Source: the human T2T-CHM13v2.0 reference genome, Homo sapiens. Taken from it: 64,000 nt of DNA. Shown here in pieces: positions 14,501 through 29,174 of this stretch; the stretch's first letter is position 1; each line of letters begins with the position of its first letter. The notes beneath the pieces were generated by a model, which saw only the letters and a program-made list of their open reading frames with translations, did no database searches and was not told the DNA's origin. The translations under genes were made by a program, and so were the position numbers. The stretch lies in the NCBI RefSeq assembly GCF_009914755.1, contig NC_060933.1. The stretch is one strand, 5' to 3'.

Positions 14501-17500
14501 CAGTGCCCTTACAGGATCAAAGCAACATGCTCCTTAGGGAGATAGGTGGACAACAGCTAAAACAACACACAGGTGTGCCTTTTCAGATTGTTGACGAGAG
14601 CCCGCTTAAATGAATGGGAACCTTCAAGGTGTGCATAAAGGTGTAGCCTTCATTTAAGGATCAAAATCAGTTGGATTTCCCTCCAGTATCTTCAATCATT
14701 TTCATCTTCATCAAAGACTGATTACAGAGAGAGTAAATATAAACCACAACTTTGGTGGTTGAATGCTGCAGAACCCTAAAGTTAGAGGTCCCAAATTTGA
14801 GTGCCATCAGATCTTACATGAGTAATTTGCATGTGTGAAGCAAGTGGGCAGAGGTAGGTGTACTGGAGATGCTTTGTCTATGGGGGGACAGAGCTGCAAG
14901 GTAGAAATGTGAGACCTATGTCGCCAGAAATGACAAATTTTCAAGGGGAGCTTGAAGTCTAGGTGTTTATATGTGATCTCTAGATTTTAAAACACTGCAA
15001 CTAAATCCAACTTTTTAAGTTATTATATAACACTGCATGCCAAACAAAACACAACTGTGGGCCAAATATGATCCACAGGGTTTGCAATCTCCACCTTTTT
15101 AGCCTAGACAGAATGGAACTCCACCTGTTTGGAGAGGCTTATGTTATTTTGGGGTTTTGTGTGTGTGGCTTTTTTCTGGGAACATTGATTGTATATAATG
15201 ATCCACAATAAAATTTTCTTTCTCAGGAAAATTCAGGTAGCTGTGGGAATAACTACTAAACTGGAATATGCACTTCCCTTTCTCCCTCCGTCCCCGAAAT
15301 GAACCACCCTTCCCAAGTAAAGCTATTTCAGAGAGGAATGGTAGTAAGAAAGACTTAACAGCATGGTCAATGTAGGGCATTCATAAATTCTAGATTTCTT
15401 AACTCACACTGGTCAGCATAATCAAAGATTACAATATTCTCTATTTAGGGAGGTTAAAGATACCCATCAGAAATAGACATCCCCTCTGTCCTTGAAGAAC
15501 TAATTAAAAGGCAGATTACTGGGGAACACCCAAGCAAGAGACCCTCAGCTGATCACTGTTAGGCAATAATTCAGCACTGCTAAAGCCGCAGATACTCTCA
15601 AGACACTGGAGAGGACAAGCTGCTTGCCATTATACAAATTAGATTAGGCCCAGAAATGGAGAATTCTTTCAGCAGCCCTGAAGTAAGGGGGTGAGTGTAC
15701 TTTCCTGCCTTACTTTTGGGCTATTTGTAGAAATTGAAAACCTCAGAAACAATCTGAATATCTTGGAAGGCACAGCCTTCTTTTAATTTGGGACTATTTT
15801 ACCACTCAAAGAACAGGGTTGTAACACAGGTGAGGCTGGCTAGGGAACACTTTTTGTAGGCACTTTGATTTTGTGAATTTTCTGCTGGTTTCTTAAAGGC
15901 TGGCTTCTATTTTGAGGATTAGACAGATTTTAGGTTTGGTTTAGTTTCTTCTAATCCACCGGCCGCCTTTGGCCAATTCACTATTCCTTAGCACCTCCAC
16001 TTGGGGGCAGGAAATAAAATTTGAATCTCTGCCAGCTACAGATTAAAAAGTTTGGTGAGAAACAAGAATGGAATGTGAGCTAGAATAAATCTTTGGATTT
16101 TAAATATTTAAACTCTTTATCCATTATTAGAAAAGAGTGAGTTCTCTATAAAATTAATGCAAACTTATTATTTGATTTTGTATCATAGACACTGGTTTAC
16201 ACATGATAAGCAGATAGTTTATTTAAAATAACGTCTTTTAAAAAAAGCATGTCTTGCTTTCTCTTTCTAAAAATGTAACTTCAGAAAAAGTATCTTTTAT
16301 ACCAATTACTTAGGAATTTTACCAAAAAGATCTTTGGCAGCTCAAGATAAGTATCTGAGACATTTTGCTAACATACAAACATTAAGCTTTTAGATGCTAT
16401 GTTCTCTACAAAGGGAAAAAGCACTTTTAAAACTAATTGTACTTGTAAGCATAAGGTTTATAATCAGATCTCAAGACCAATTATTCACAAAGTAACTAAA
16501 TAGTAAGTTTGACTTTTGCCATAATGTTGAATTAATTATATTGGTATTTTGTGGGTAGAAATCTCTAGGGAGAGATGCAGTTATTAAGACTTTAAGCTTA
16601 TCTTATGTAATCGAATCTACCTTTCCTAAAAGAAAAAAGAAACAAGTGCATAATTTACTTTTCTATCAGAAAAGATTTATTTTCTCAATTGTGGACAAAT
16701 ATATTAGCAAGAATAATGTCCATAGAAATGTATTGATTAAACATACCTCAAAGACTATTTTTTTGCTGTAGATAATAGTAGCAGTAAAACCAAAGATTGA
16801 AATGGCAGTATTTTGTCATCTCAGTATAGGACATTAACAAAATTTTTTTTTTTCTTATTAGCTCTCTAATAACTATTAGGAGGTTGCCTCACGAAGCCCC
16901 TCTTTAGAACTGCTGTAAAGAAGGCAACCTCTGTGTGCCAGTTATGAAGGTTTGGTGGATCCATTTCTCATACCAAAACATTAGAAGACAGGATTAAGCA
17001 TCGTGAGCTAATTATAGCACATGACAGAGCAAGGTGGCCACATTTATCAACCAATGGGACTTCACCTGTCTCCCAAGCCTACCAGATTCTGGAAATGTAA
17101 TGACTTCCAAAAATGTGGAAGAAGTATAAAGAGCTTTGACCACTAATTTTAAAATAGGTTCTAGAGGTCATATTTGGGTTTGCGTAGATATTTCATTTAC
17201 ATTTTATCAGTTTTAGCTTTTAAGAAAACATAATATTGAATCCCAATTTCAGTATGGTAGAACCAAAGGAAGAAGGAAAAGGTAAATAACAATGATTGAT
17301 GGTCCATTTCATTGTGGAAATGACACATCTCGCTAGTGTTTATACATAATGTCTGTGGATATATAGTGGCAGTTTATTTTTTAAAAATCCATCGTATTGT
17401 TTAGTTATAGATTAAAGCCAAGTGTGTGGCCCTTAGTTTATTTACAAGTGAACTGGATTATTAAAAAGAGAGAAGGTGGGGAAGTAGGCATTTTGAAGGC

Positions 17501-18225
17501 TCTGAAAGGAATCCATTTCACTTACAACTAGATCAGTTGGGATGCGATTACCTCTGAGCTCTCTCTGTCTGTGGTATAATATATTCATAAGAGCACAAAG
17601 CTTAAAATGTAAAGAATTGAAGAGCATTCCTCAGACAGTGCCCATGAGGTATTGAAAAGTTAGTATATTCATGGCCAATGGACCAGTGAAACCATTTATG
17701 TCTCTTCCACATGTCCAACTGTGGGTAGCTATTCTGTACTGATACCTTGGGTCCCCCTTTTTTTTTTATTGCTGATTGTTTAGTTCAAAGCACAAGCCCT
17801 ATTGAATAAAAGGAAACTTTCTTAAAGATCTTTCTTTTCTTTACTCAAAGAATAAGTTTCTTCCAGGGAAGCAATGAGTTGTATAGCCAAGAGGTCATAT
17901 TTTTAAAATGCATTCCCAATTTGAATTTTTCCACTATTACTTTAAAGAGGGAGCTTTGCATACACACAGACTAAGAAAAGGAAATTCTTTAAAAGTACTT
18001 TTTAAATGTATGAATAAGTTTCAAAAGGTGGGTACAGAAAAAGGGAGGGGATTTTACTTAATGGAATCTCTCCCTAGATATTTAGGGATGAGCTAGAACA
18101 AGCCAACCAGGATGAGAGAGGTTGAAAGGGACCCTGCAGCCATAGGAAGTGACTTGGGGAAGTTGTGTAGTGCTGGGAAGTCTGCACCATACAGAAGCCC
18201 TGACTTTCGGTGACCCTCTTATTAA

Positions 18226-18483
<258 letters not shown>

Positions 18484-19993
18484 TAGGTGGAGGGTTTTTG
18501 GTGGCTTGGAGAAACCAGGGGCCTAGAGCTGGGATTTTCTGAGGAGGTTGAGTTCGCAATCAAAGGGAAGGGGCTCTTGAACACAGAAGATAAAGTCATT
18601 CTGCTGTTGCATAAAGTCATTGTGCTGTTGCATGAAAAGATAAAGGCGTTCTGCACTTCAAGGCGGTGCTTGGAAAAAAATATGCAGGATTTTTTGCTAG
18701 AGCAGAATTGGCCATTGGAAGCACAGGATTATGAGAGCTGTGAGACCCACTAATGTTTTATGACCAATTGCCTGGTCATGCCTCACTCTCTCCAACTGAG
18801 AATCAAAATGTGGAAGGGCACCTTAGAGATCTTTGTAATTGTTCCCCCTCATTTCATGGTCTTTAATCGAGGTTTTACTTCTGCAAGGTCTGCACAGATC
18901 TTTCAGGGATAGCAGAGTTTTCTAACTGTGTGGTTATTTTGTAGACCCATAGTACTTTTAGAGCTGGAAGGTACCTTTGTACTTGCTTGGTTTGATGAAG
19001 AAACTGAGGCCCAGAGAGGTGACATGGCTATGCAGGACACACAGCTGGTTAGAAAGCACAGAATCGGTGGGTGCTTATGTGTCTACATGCTCGATTTCCG
19101 CTTGATCTGATCTGTCCATCACAAACACAGATTAGAGCCTGGGACTCGGGTCACCGATGCTTGGAAATGTTATTCGGGAGTTTGTTTATGTTGTTTTTCC
19201 TTTGGAAAATGGTGATTTCTCATTTTGATTGAGGACTGAAATCTCAGAACGTTCCTTGGGCAGCACAGAAATATCAAAATGCTCTTAGGAGTCGCGTGTG
19301 TGAACACTGAGGCCCGGGTGACTGTTCCATTCGAAGGGTTAGCTCTACTTCCCATTTTTGGGAGTAGACTTAGTACCTAGAAAGGCACAGCAACCTGGGA
19401 CGTGCATTCCAGACACAGCCAGTAAATGCATGCTGGAAATAGTAAGTGTAGTTGGGTAAAAACCAAGCAAAACAAAAGCTTTGGGGAGTTGTTCGTTTTA
19501 TCCAAGGGGAGTACAGTTCCCAAGCTTTGTGAAACATGGATTTTAGGACCCAGGTTTTAAGTAGGTAGATGGGTAGAAAGGCAGTGGGCAGAATTTTGAG
19601 ATTAGATACCAAAGGCAAACAGGTCTTGTCACCGCTTGAGATGTGATTTACTCAGGATGTTGTATGATGAGAGGGACGTGACCTGAATTTTGAAAAGATG
19701 GGAGCCTGTGATTCTGAAAAGCACTGCTCATTATTTGTGGTTGAACCGTTGTGTATAAAATAGAACATTTGTGTGATTAGTTTGTCGTATCCAGTCAAAT
19801 ATTCCAGTGACCTCAGAATATGATTCTGTGAATTTTCTTTGTTTCACTATTGAGATTATAGTTATGTAATTAGGATTCATTCTGTAATATGAAGAGTTTT
19901 TTGGCTAATATATATTTCTGAGCTTGGGAAAATTTTATTTAAGCAATAAATTGAGTACCTGGAGTATTATTACAGCAGACGGGACAATAATAA

Positions 19994-20330
<337 letters not shown>

Positions 20331-23300
20331 TGATATGTTTACTCTCCAGACATTAAAAGCAAAATAACCTTGTTTATTGGGCAAGAATGTAGCTGAACTT
20401 AACTTCTTAAAAATAATCATTGGGAATTGCCCTGAAGAAAAACAACATTATGAATCTCAGGAAGTTTTCCAGTTTAAGATATCTGTTTTGTTTTCTCTTT
20501 TTCATTCAGTTTCTATCCCTGATGAGTAGCACAGTGCCTAGCATAGAGACTCAGTGAATGTTTGTGAAAATGAAAGTACAGCCTTAAGAGGAAAGGGAAA
20601 GTGACTAACTTATCAGCAGTGTTAGGAGAGCATTTCTCTTTTTAGCGCATCTAGTAAACTTCCTTTTATCTACAACATGCACATTTAAAAATGGAAAATT
20701 AGTTTGTTTTACAAAACTGCACTGTGAAAATTGGTTTTTATAATTGTAATTCTGAAATGCCATGCAACATACTAAGTCATCCAAGAAGGACGAAACTGTT
20801 CTCAAAACAGCTTTATTGTAACGTATCTTTTTGTAATCTAATCTTTTGAAAACTGCATGCCCGTATTTGGTATGAAACTGGCAACTTGTTATTAATCAGG
20901 ACATGCAATGGATGCAACATGCCCCATGGCCTAAGCATTCAAAGTAGATGCTTCCTGTCTTTGGTGTTCACCAGCAGCAATCCTATTTAATATCAGCCTG
21001 TTAAGCTTTTTTGATGATGAAATGATATTGAAGGGGTTCTCATGGGCCTGGATGTGAAGAGATGTTCTCTACTGGCTTATGATTTAACACATTGCATGAA
21101 CCCAGCCAACATGGCCTTGAAAGGGAGTTTGGCAAGGACCGTCGTGTAAGAAATGCTGTAACAGGGCTAAAATAATTCTTCTTTTTCCTGGCAATGTTGT
21201 ACAAAGCCTGCTTGGCAGAGACATCCAAGATGCATAGCATCGCAGAGCTGCAAGGCAGTTGAATGGAACAGCTTCCCATCCCTTGCTTAAATCACATTCT
21301 CTGCAATCTCTGTGCCAGGAGGCTGGCCACCCCTAGAAGGAAAAACTACCTTTTTGTCTGTGTAGCCCCTCCAGTTCGTGGTCAGCTCTGATTAATAGTT
21401 CTTCCTCCCTTTGAATAGAATCTTCTTTCCTTGTAGCTTCTCCTCAGAGGCCTTGATTCTTTTCCCTGGGGTGAAGAGAACAATATTTTTTTCTGTCTTT
21501 AGTATCACAGCCCCATGGATAAAATGTTTGCAAACTCATGTTCAGTCTGGATTGAACTTTTCTACCTTCCTCTTTCTCTTGAACTTTCCTCCTCCTTCAA
21601 GGCCCAATTCAGTTGCTACCCACTCTGTGGCACCTTCACAGATAAATATTAATTGCACTTTTAATTGTCCTCTTAACATTTCTTTGCTTGTCCTTCAGTC
21701 ACAGTTTCCTAGTATTCTCGGTAGTTGCCAACCTGCCTGCTTTCCTGACTAGTTGATAAGCTGGCTCTGTATCTTGTTAGAATTTAGGACTTCTGTGTAC
21801 AAATACTAAGTGCCCATCAGTTGCCAAATTAAAGTAGCACTGGATTGACAGATAAGGGTATAGATAGATGTGGGTAATGTTCACTGCTGCCACAGATGGA
21901 CCTCAACATGCCCTGTCCATGGACCTATCCAGAAAAATAAACAGAAGTTGATTTCTCCCTTCCCTGAAAGTCCATGGTAGGTATACCTGATTGGTGAGGA
22001 CAGCTGTTCTCCATAGGGTCATTCAGGGCTCCAGGCTGACAGAGCCTCTGCCGGCTTGGTCATCTCCATCCACTTGAGCTGGAAGTGGGGAAAACAACAT
22101 GGAGTAGTGGGTATGGAAGTCTAATGGGCCCTGCCTAAATGGTTATAATTCCATTGGCTAGAACTTGGTTATGTGGCCACTCCAGCTGCAAAGGAGATGG
22201 AAATGTGGTCTGGCTGTGAGCCCAGGAAAACAAAATTTTGGTGAATATTTAGCCATCCCTGCCTCAGCACACTTAGGTTAAATTTAAGTGTTATGGTCAC
22301 TTTCTTTGCCAGTGGTGTTTTGGTTTCATTGAAGACAGGTTTTATTTTGTAATCATGGCATGCTAAAAATTCCTACAGTGTCCTTTAGAGAATCTGTTTA
22401 GTTGGTGGAATTTAGAATTTTTTTCTGCATTCATAATGTTGTTTTTAATCAGGAGGATCACAATTTCAAACACAGTTCAGTTTTTTTTTTAAAGGTATTT
22501 TACATTGTTTTGAAATTCCTATTTCCACTGAGGAAACTTAGATGTCCTTAGTGTTAGCTGGTCTCAAGTTAACGTCATCTTTTTGTGGTAGTCAGTTCAA
22601 CATTCACATTCTGGGCTGTTTCTCTCTTCCCCGGGGGCTCCCATCCCATCCTCCTCTCCAAGATGGCATCTGGATAAAGACGTGGTGTTTAAGCACGGCA
22701 TTGGGGGCGAGCATCCTGGTTCTCTTGCTCCCCATGGGTCTCCACTGATCTCAGCATATAGCTGCTGGTCTGCTCCTTTCCTGGGAGGTCTTTACATGCA
22801 GCTGGTTTCATCTCATTCTTTTAGAGACCTTGATGACATGTGCTGTTGAAATCTGGAGCCTGGCCACAGGCACTAGTTAGAAGCTGTCCTGCATTCTCAC
22901 ATCTCATAAGACCCCTGGCCTCTTTGGCCTCATGGTGCTCTTAGCTCTTTTGTGTTCTGTTTGGAAGTCTGCAAACTCTCCTTGACTGATTTCTCCACAC
23001 TGTGCTAGAAGATGCAGGGTGCAGTGAAACTGGCCCCTTCCTCAGCAGTTGCTAAGTCAGCACCAGGGGTTGTCAAACCTGAAGCTTCTAGAATCTGATG
23101 GTTGGGTGGGTCCTGGAGCTTTTTAAAGAAAGCAATTCAAAAATGTCTTAAGTTTGCAAATTGTATAAAAGTATGTAACTGTATTTGGGATCACATAGTG
23201 AGGGATCCTCCCAGAGCTTTGGAAGGAGCTTGTGAGTGAGAGGCCTAAAGCCTAAGCTTCATTAGCTTTCCAATAAATCCACCTTTAGCAGTTTTAGTGC

Positions 23301-23652
23301 CTCATTATCTTCCTTTCCACTCAGTCTCTGCCTCCAAACACCCCAGGCTTGGATTCTGAAGGGGGAGTATTGCATTTCAACCCAGCTGCAATTCAGTGCT
23401 GGCACAAACTAGCCAGACTTAGCACAGACTCCATAAGTTAAAGTGCATAGTCCCCAACAACACTGCCCTGACTTCAGACACCAGCCACACTTTGGGGGTC
23501 CCGAGGCCCCCCACACTTTTGACTGACTACAAATTCAGGGGCTCGTGAACCCTTTAGGCTTGATAATTTGCTAGAACAACTCACAGAACTCAGGCAAGTG
23601 CCATTAGCAACGGATTCGGATTGATTATGAAGTATACAAATCAAGAGAACTA

Positions 23653-24028
<376 letters not shown>

Positions 24029-24379
24029 TCAGTCCTCCAGCTCATCAGTGTGTTCACTAACCAGGGAGTGCTACTGGGCCTTGATGTCCAGAGTTTTCAA
24101 TGGGGTTTCACAATGTATAGGCATGATTGATTAGATTGTCGGCCACATGCTTGAACTCATTCCCCAGCCTCTCTGCCCTCCCTGGAGGTCAGACTGGCTC
24201 ACATCCCCAACCCTGTAGTCATGTGGTTGGTCTTTCTGGTGACCAGTGCCCACTGGAGCTGTTTAGGGGCCTATCACACATGACACTTCATTATCAGAAC
24301 AAAGTTACTCCTGTCACTACGGAGATGTCAAACATAGAAACTCCATGTCAGGAACCCAGGACAAAGACCAGACAAATTC

Positions 24380-24669
24380 TTTTTTTTGAGGCAGGATCTC
24401 ACTCTGTTATCTAGGCTGGAGTATAGTGGTGTAATCTTGGCTCACAGCAGCCTTGACCTCCCAGACTCAAGCAATCCTCCTACCTCAGCCTCCTGAGTAC
24501 CTAGGACTACAGGTACATGCCACCATGCCCGGCTAATTATTGTACGTTTTGTAGAGTCGGGGTTTTGCCCCATTTGCCAGGCTGGTCTTGAACTCCTGAG
24601 CTCAAGTGATCCACCTGCTTCCGTCTCCCAAAGTGTTGAGATTACAGGCATGAGCCACCATGCCCAGCC
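24380..24669 (-). mobile_element. AluJ-type element
   Basis: Antisense Alu; TSD-like gacaaattcttt / gacagattcttt. Confidence 0.9.
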
Positions 24670-24864
24670 TGACAGATTCTTTATTATATAATAGGTAGTA
24701 ATATATTCAATCCTGACCTTACTTCTCTTCCTCTTGACTCCTGTTTCCTCCATGGAAGAAGGCTCTCCTCCTTGCCTTCCTGTTACGTGGCAACTTCCTG
24801 TTCCCGAGTGATAGCACCATGTGCTGTGGCTTCTTGTGCCATTCTGAGAATCCCGGTCCTCGGC

Positions 24865-24895
24865 CTTGTCGTGGCCGAGTGGTTAAGGCGATAGA
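24865..24895 (+). pseudogene. 5' half of tRNA-Ser, tailless retrocopy
   Basis: gtcgtggccgagtggttaaggcgataga matches the tRNA-Ser 5' arm GTAGTCGTGGCCGAGTGGTTAAGGCGATGGA; flanked by 15-bp direct repeats tgagaatcccRgtcc (24845-24859, 24896-24910); no T-arm or 3' acceptor strand. Confidence 0.85.
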
Positions 24896-25177
24896 TGAGA
24901 ATCCCAGTCCGCTAGGTTTGGCTCTTGATCGTAAAGGTGGTGAAGGGAATTCACTACCCTATTTTGGAAGTCAAAGATGTTGTCATTTTTGTCTCTGCAT
25001 ACCAACTTTATCCTAATTCTGCTCAAGGCAATGAGTAACTCTCCCGAACAAGGGATGGTTCTTTTAGAAAGTGTGAAAGAGAATATTAACATGGTTAACA
25101 AATATTCCATCCATTACAGTTTTGTAACTTTCCTATGGTGTGTGCCCAAGGTGATAACAGTGCTATATTACAGATTA

Positions 25178-25258
25178 CATATATATATATTTGCATGCGC
25201 AATTATACATATACATACATACATACATATATATATACACACACATATATATATGTAT
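25178..25258. repeat. (TA)n/(CATA)n/(CA)n compound microsatellite
   Basis: Directly visible. Confidence 0.9.
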
Positions 25259-26214
25259 AATTGCGCATGCACAAGAAATGGCCCATCTTGATAATTTCTT
25301 GGAAACATATATTTGCTTCTTTATATGTAAGAGCAGGCATTCCATCTACCTAAATTCTGACAAGCCCAGTGGGCCACGGTTTTCCGGTTTAATGTCAGCC
25401 CTGTGTACACTGGCTGTGCTGTTTCTAGCACCGTAAGGCAGTCATCATTATTGAGCCAGGGGCTGTGCAAAATTGGGGTGATTGCAGAGCCAAAAAGCGG
25501 GCTGGAGGGTGGTTTCTGGAATGCCTGTTTTACTATTCTTCCTGTTCCTTTGCTCTTTCTGCCAACTTCAGAATCCTTCCTTTCCTTAAAACATTTAGTG
25601 ATATCCCTGAATTTATTTAATTGCTACGTGAGTGATTTTTGCCCCACAGCACTGGAAGATAATTGGAATGCATTCTAGCTTATGTGCTCTGGATAATATG
25701 CAATTACCAGCCAGCTGGAGAGTAGTATGCCTTTGTCTCACAATGTCTTGTAATTTTAAAAAGTTTCTCCTATTTGCTGTTGTCTCTTGTTACCTTTCTT
25801 ACGGCATCATATATCTACTATGGGGTCCTTATGTCTGAATGTGTAGACACTTCTTTTGGTATACTGAATAAGCTCCTGGCGATGAGGGAAGACACCGCTT
25901 TGTTTTGTGATGTCCTGTGCAGTTGGGCCCCAGTAAACGCTACGGAAATGATGGTGATGAGACTTATTTCTTTAGATCTTTAAATTGGGCGATAGATAAC
26001 AGCAAGTTTTAGAAGCCATAGAATTTCAAGAGGAACTTTGCAGAAAGACAGAACACCCTCCTTTTCCTTGACCAGTCTGTCACCAGGTGACAGCCTGAGC
26101 TTCCCATGGTGAACGTGCCTAAATGGGGTTCCCATCATCATGTCTGCTGACTACTAAAATAATTTTGGGGTTTTCTTCTTCCCAAAGTTTAACAAAGTAG
26201 AAAAAACAAAATGA

Positions 26215-26478
26215 GGCCGGGTGCGGTGGCTCACGCCTGTAATCCCAGCACTTTGGGAGGTCGAGGCCAGCATGGCGAAACCCCGTCTCTACTAAAAATG
26301 CAAAAATTAGCTGGGCGTGGTGGCGGGTGCCTGTAATCCCAGCTACTCGGGAGGCTGAGGCAGGAGAATCACTTGAACCTGGAGGTGGAGCCCGCAGTGA
26401 GCCAAGATCACACCACTGCACTGCAGCCTGGCGACAGAGCAAAACTCCATCTCAAAAAAAAAAAAAAAGGAAAAAAAA
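26215..26478 (+). mobile_element. AluS-type element with an internal left-arm deletion
   Basis: gggaggtcgaggc runs directly into cagcatggcgaaacccc; the B-box segment is missing. Confidence 0.9.
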
Positions 26479-27819
26479 ATGACATTTATAATACTAGGTG
26501 CTAATCAGTAAGGTAAAATGTGATACATCTCAAGAGAATTTAGTGTCTTTAAAAAGCTATGTAATACCAAGCTGCAATAAGCTCTCTGAGTTGGCCTCTC
26601 ATCACAGGAAGCCAAACTGCTAAACTCTACACAGGAAAAGGCAGACAAATCCATGGTGAATTAGTCACAAAAAACTGGGGAAAATACGAAGAAAGGTTAA
26701 AGAACAAGACATTTGAAATTCTATGGAAATACACAATGATAAATAAAATATTTCCTCACAGGTGTAAAGAGGTGGGCTGTGGATTTTTCTCTGCCTAGAG
26801 ATCTTGCAAGCAAGCTAATGCCTCCTCTGGGCTGCATTAAGTATGATCCAGCCTGAAATCACAGACAGGGGCTTGAATCACTCAGCTCTGTTTCTCCTGA
26901 CAGCATTAGTGATTCTCGTAGATGTACTTTTCCCCTAAAATATTTTATTTTACACTGGCAAGATTTTTTTGTGGGGGGGGATCCTTTTTCTAAAGCATAA
27001 TGTGCATCATGTTTGTAATATTTGGCTGCATTTGTTTTGTCATTTAAAATCTTTTCTTGCTTTTTCTGTAAGATGTGAGAAGCTTTGTAAACATGGACCC
27101 TTTTTTCTTTTATCAAATGGCATTTTAACTTTTAAAATTGGGTCATCAGATTTACTGGGGCAAAATTTTCTAGCAAGCTGCATTTCCGTTTTTATACACA
27201 AGGGAGAGCTAAGGCCCTAGAAAATAGATTTGGGTTTTGCCAAATTCCAAGTCCTTCAATACTTTAGGGTGGAAGTACTGAACTAATTAAGAGTGGTAAC
27301 AGTTGTGAATTGTTTGGAAAAATACTTGATAGTAATAAAATAATTTTAAGAACTTTGTATAATTTTTATTTTTTTCTGAAATCCAGTGACTAGATTGCTT
27401 TAACAGCCCATTGGACTTAACATTTCCCATTTTATATAATTCGGGAGAATAAATTTAATAGAATAGTCCTCAGAGGTCTGACGGAAATATACTAAAATAA
27501 ATAATAAAGGTTGAGGAGTGAGAGGGAATTGTTTTGATTTTTAAAACTTTGATGCTTGGAATTTCTGGTCTTGAGTTATGTCCTCTGAAATCAGGATTCA
27601 GCTCTGAAATCAAACTCACTCATCGAAAGTAACCATGGGAAACTGAATTTGGCCTACAGATACTAAGGAGCCCCAATAATTTCACATTATCTTTTAATGG
27701 AGCAAACTATTACAGAGAAATCAGAGAAATAATATTTTAGGAATTTGTATTATATTTTAGAAATAATATTTTAGGAATATGTCTATCTGAATCAAGATTT
27801 GGTTTTTGACGTTTTCTGC

Positions 27820-28098
27820 TTTTTTACTTTATTTTTTTAAGAGACAGGGTCTCACTCTGTCACCCAGGCTTACTGCAGCCTCAAACTCCTCGGCTCAAGC
27901 AGTCTTCCTGCCTCAGCCTTTTGAGTAGCTGAGACTACGGGTACGCACCGCCACACCCAGCTAATTTTTGTATTTTTTTGTACAGACAGGATGTCACTCA
28001 ATTGCCTAGGCTGGTCTTGAACTCCTGCCCCTAAGTGATCCTCCTGCCTCAGCCCTGCAAAGTGTTGTGGTTACAGGAATGAGCCACCGCGCCTGGCC
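27820..28098 (-). mobile_element. AluJ-type element
   Basis: Antisense Alu with a small deletion. Confidence 0.9.
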
Positions 28099-28834
28099 AG
28101 TTTTTGTTTTGTTTAGTTTTTTTAATCAATAAGGCTACATGTTTCAGTCAGTGTCAGGATTTAAAAAAAAAAAAAAAGTCTACATGAAGAAAATCTTCAT
28201 TAATTTTCTTAATAAAGAAATGTAATTATTCATTAAGAGGTGGAGGTGGGGAAGAGTACAGTTTAGGAAGCAGAGACAGGGCAGGGTGGCCTCATCATCA
28301 TTATGCCTCAGGGTTCGGGTGAGCATCAGAAAAATAACTGTGACTTTTGATGGCTCTCTATATGGAGAATTTAGGATAGTGATTAAGAGTACATGCCTTG
28401 AAATCTGATGAACCAAGAGGTTCAGATTCCGGTTCCATCTAATTAGCTGTGTGACCTTGGGGACCTTGTGTCACCTCTCATAGCTTTGCTTTCCTCTCAG
28501 GGAAAATCATAGAACCTACTTGATAGGGTATTCTGAGAATTAAAGGTGTGTAACATAGAATCTGGCATATAAGAAGGACTCAGAAATACGTATTAGCTAT
28601 TAAGAAAAAGTTTCCAATTATTTCGAAGAAGACCTAATGGATAATAGAAAAAGAAGAAAATACGTTCTCTTTTGTGTCTTGATGACAAGACTCGGGGTGA
28701 CAAGAGAAAGGTAAAATTGGGAATCAAGAAGCTCCTTTCGCTTACTCACTAATGGAATTAAAAGAGAACAATATGTTTACTTGCTGAATATGTTACAGGA
28801 CCACAGGTTTATTCATCTCAAGCACTCCAGCTTG

Positions 28835-29048
28835 TACTCATTCAGCCATTAAGTCTCTTTACCCTGGTTTTTACCTAGGTGCACACCAACCCAAACTCGC
28901 TCGGCCATTAACTCTCTTTACCCTGGTTTTCTCCCTAGCTGTACACCAACCTATACTCACTTGGTTATTAACTCTCTTTCCCCTGACTTTCTACCTAGCC
29001 GCCTGCCAACCTATACCCACATGGCTATTAACTGTCTTTACTCTGGTT
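28835..29048. repeat. ~60-bp minisatellite, ~3.5 copies
   Basis: Unit gccattaactctctttaccctggttttctccctagctgtacaccaacctatactcacttg. Confidence 0.9.
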
Positions 29049-29174
29049 GTCTCTGTAACCCTGCATGCCTGCAGGAAAAACAATGGGGCTAGCAGTCAGG
29101 AGCCTGGAATGTGAGTTCTGACGCTGCTACCAGATAAATATGTGATCTTGGACAGGTCTCCTGACCTTCCTGGG

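Noticed and set aside
18590-18633. 21-bp tandem duplication near the exon donor (similar small one at ~27725-27778)
   Set aside because: Ordinary slippage duplication with no evident motif
24865-24945. Functional tRNA-Ser gene
   Set aside because: No intact anticodon arm, no B-box GGTTCGA, no 3' acceptor stem
28835-29048. CRISPR-like array (also 39303-39368)
   Set aside because: Eukaryotic DNA, and whole units repeat without unique spacers
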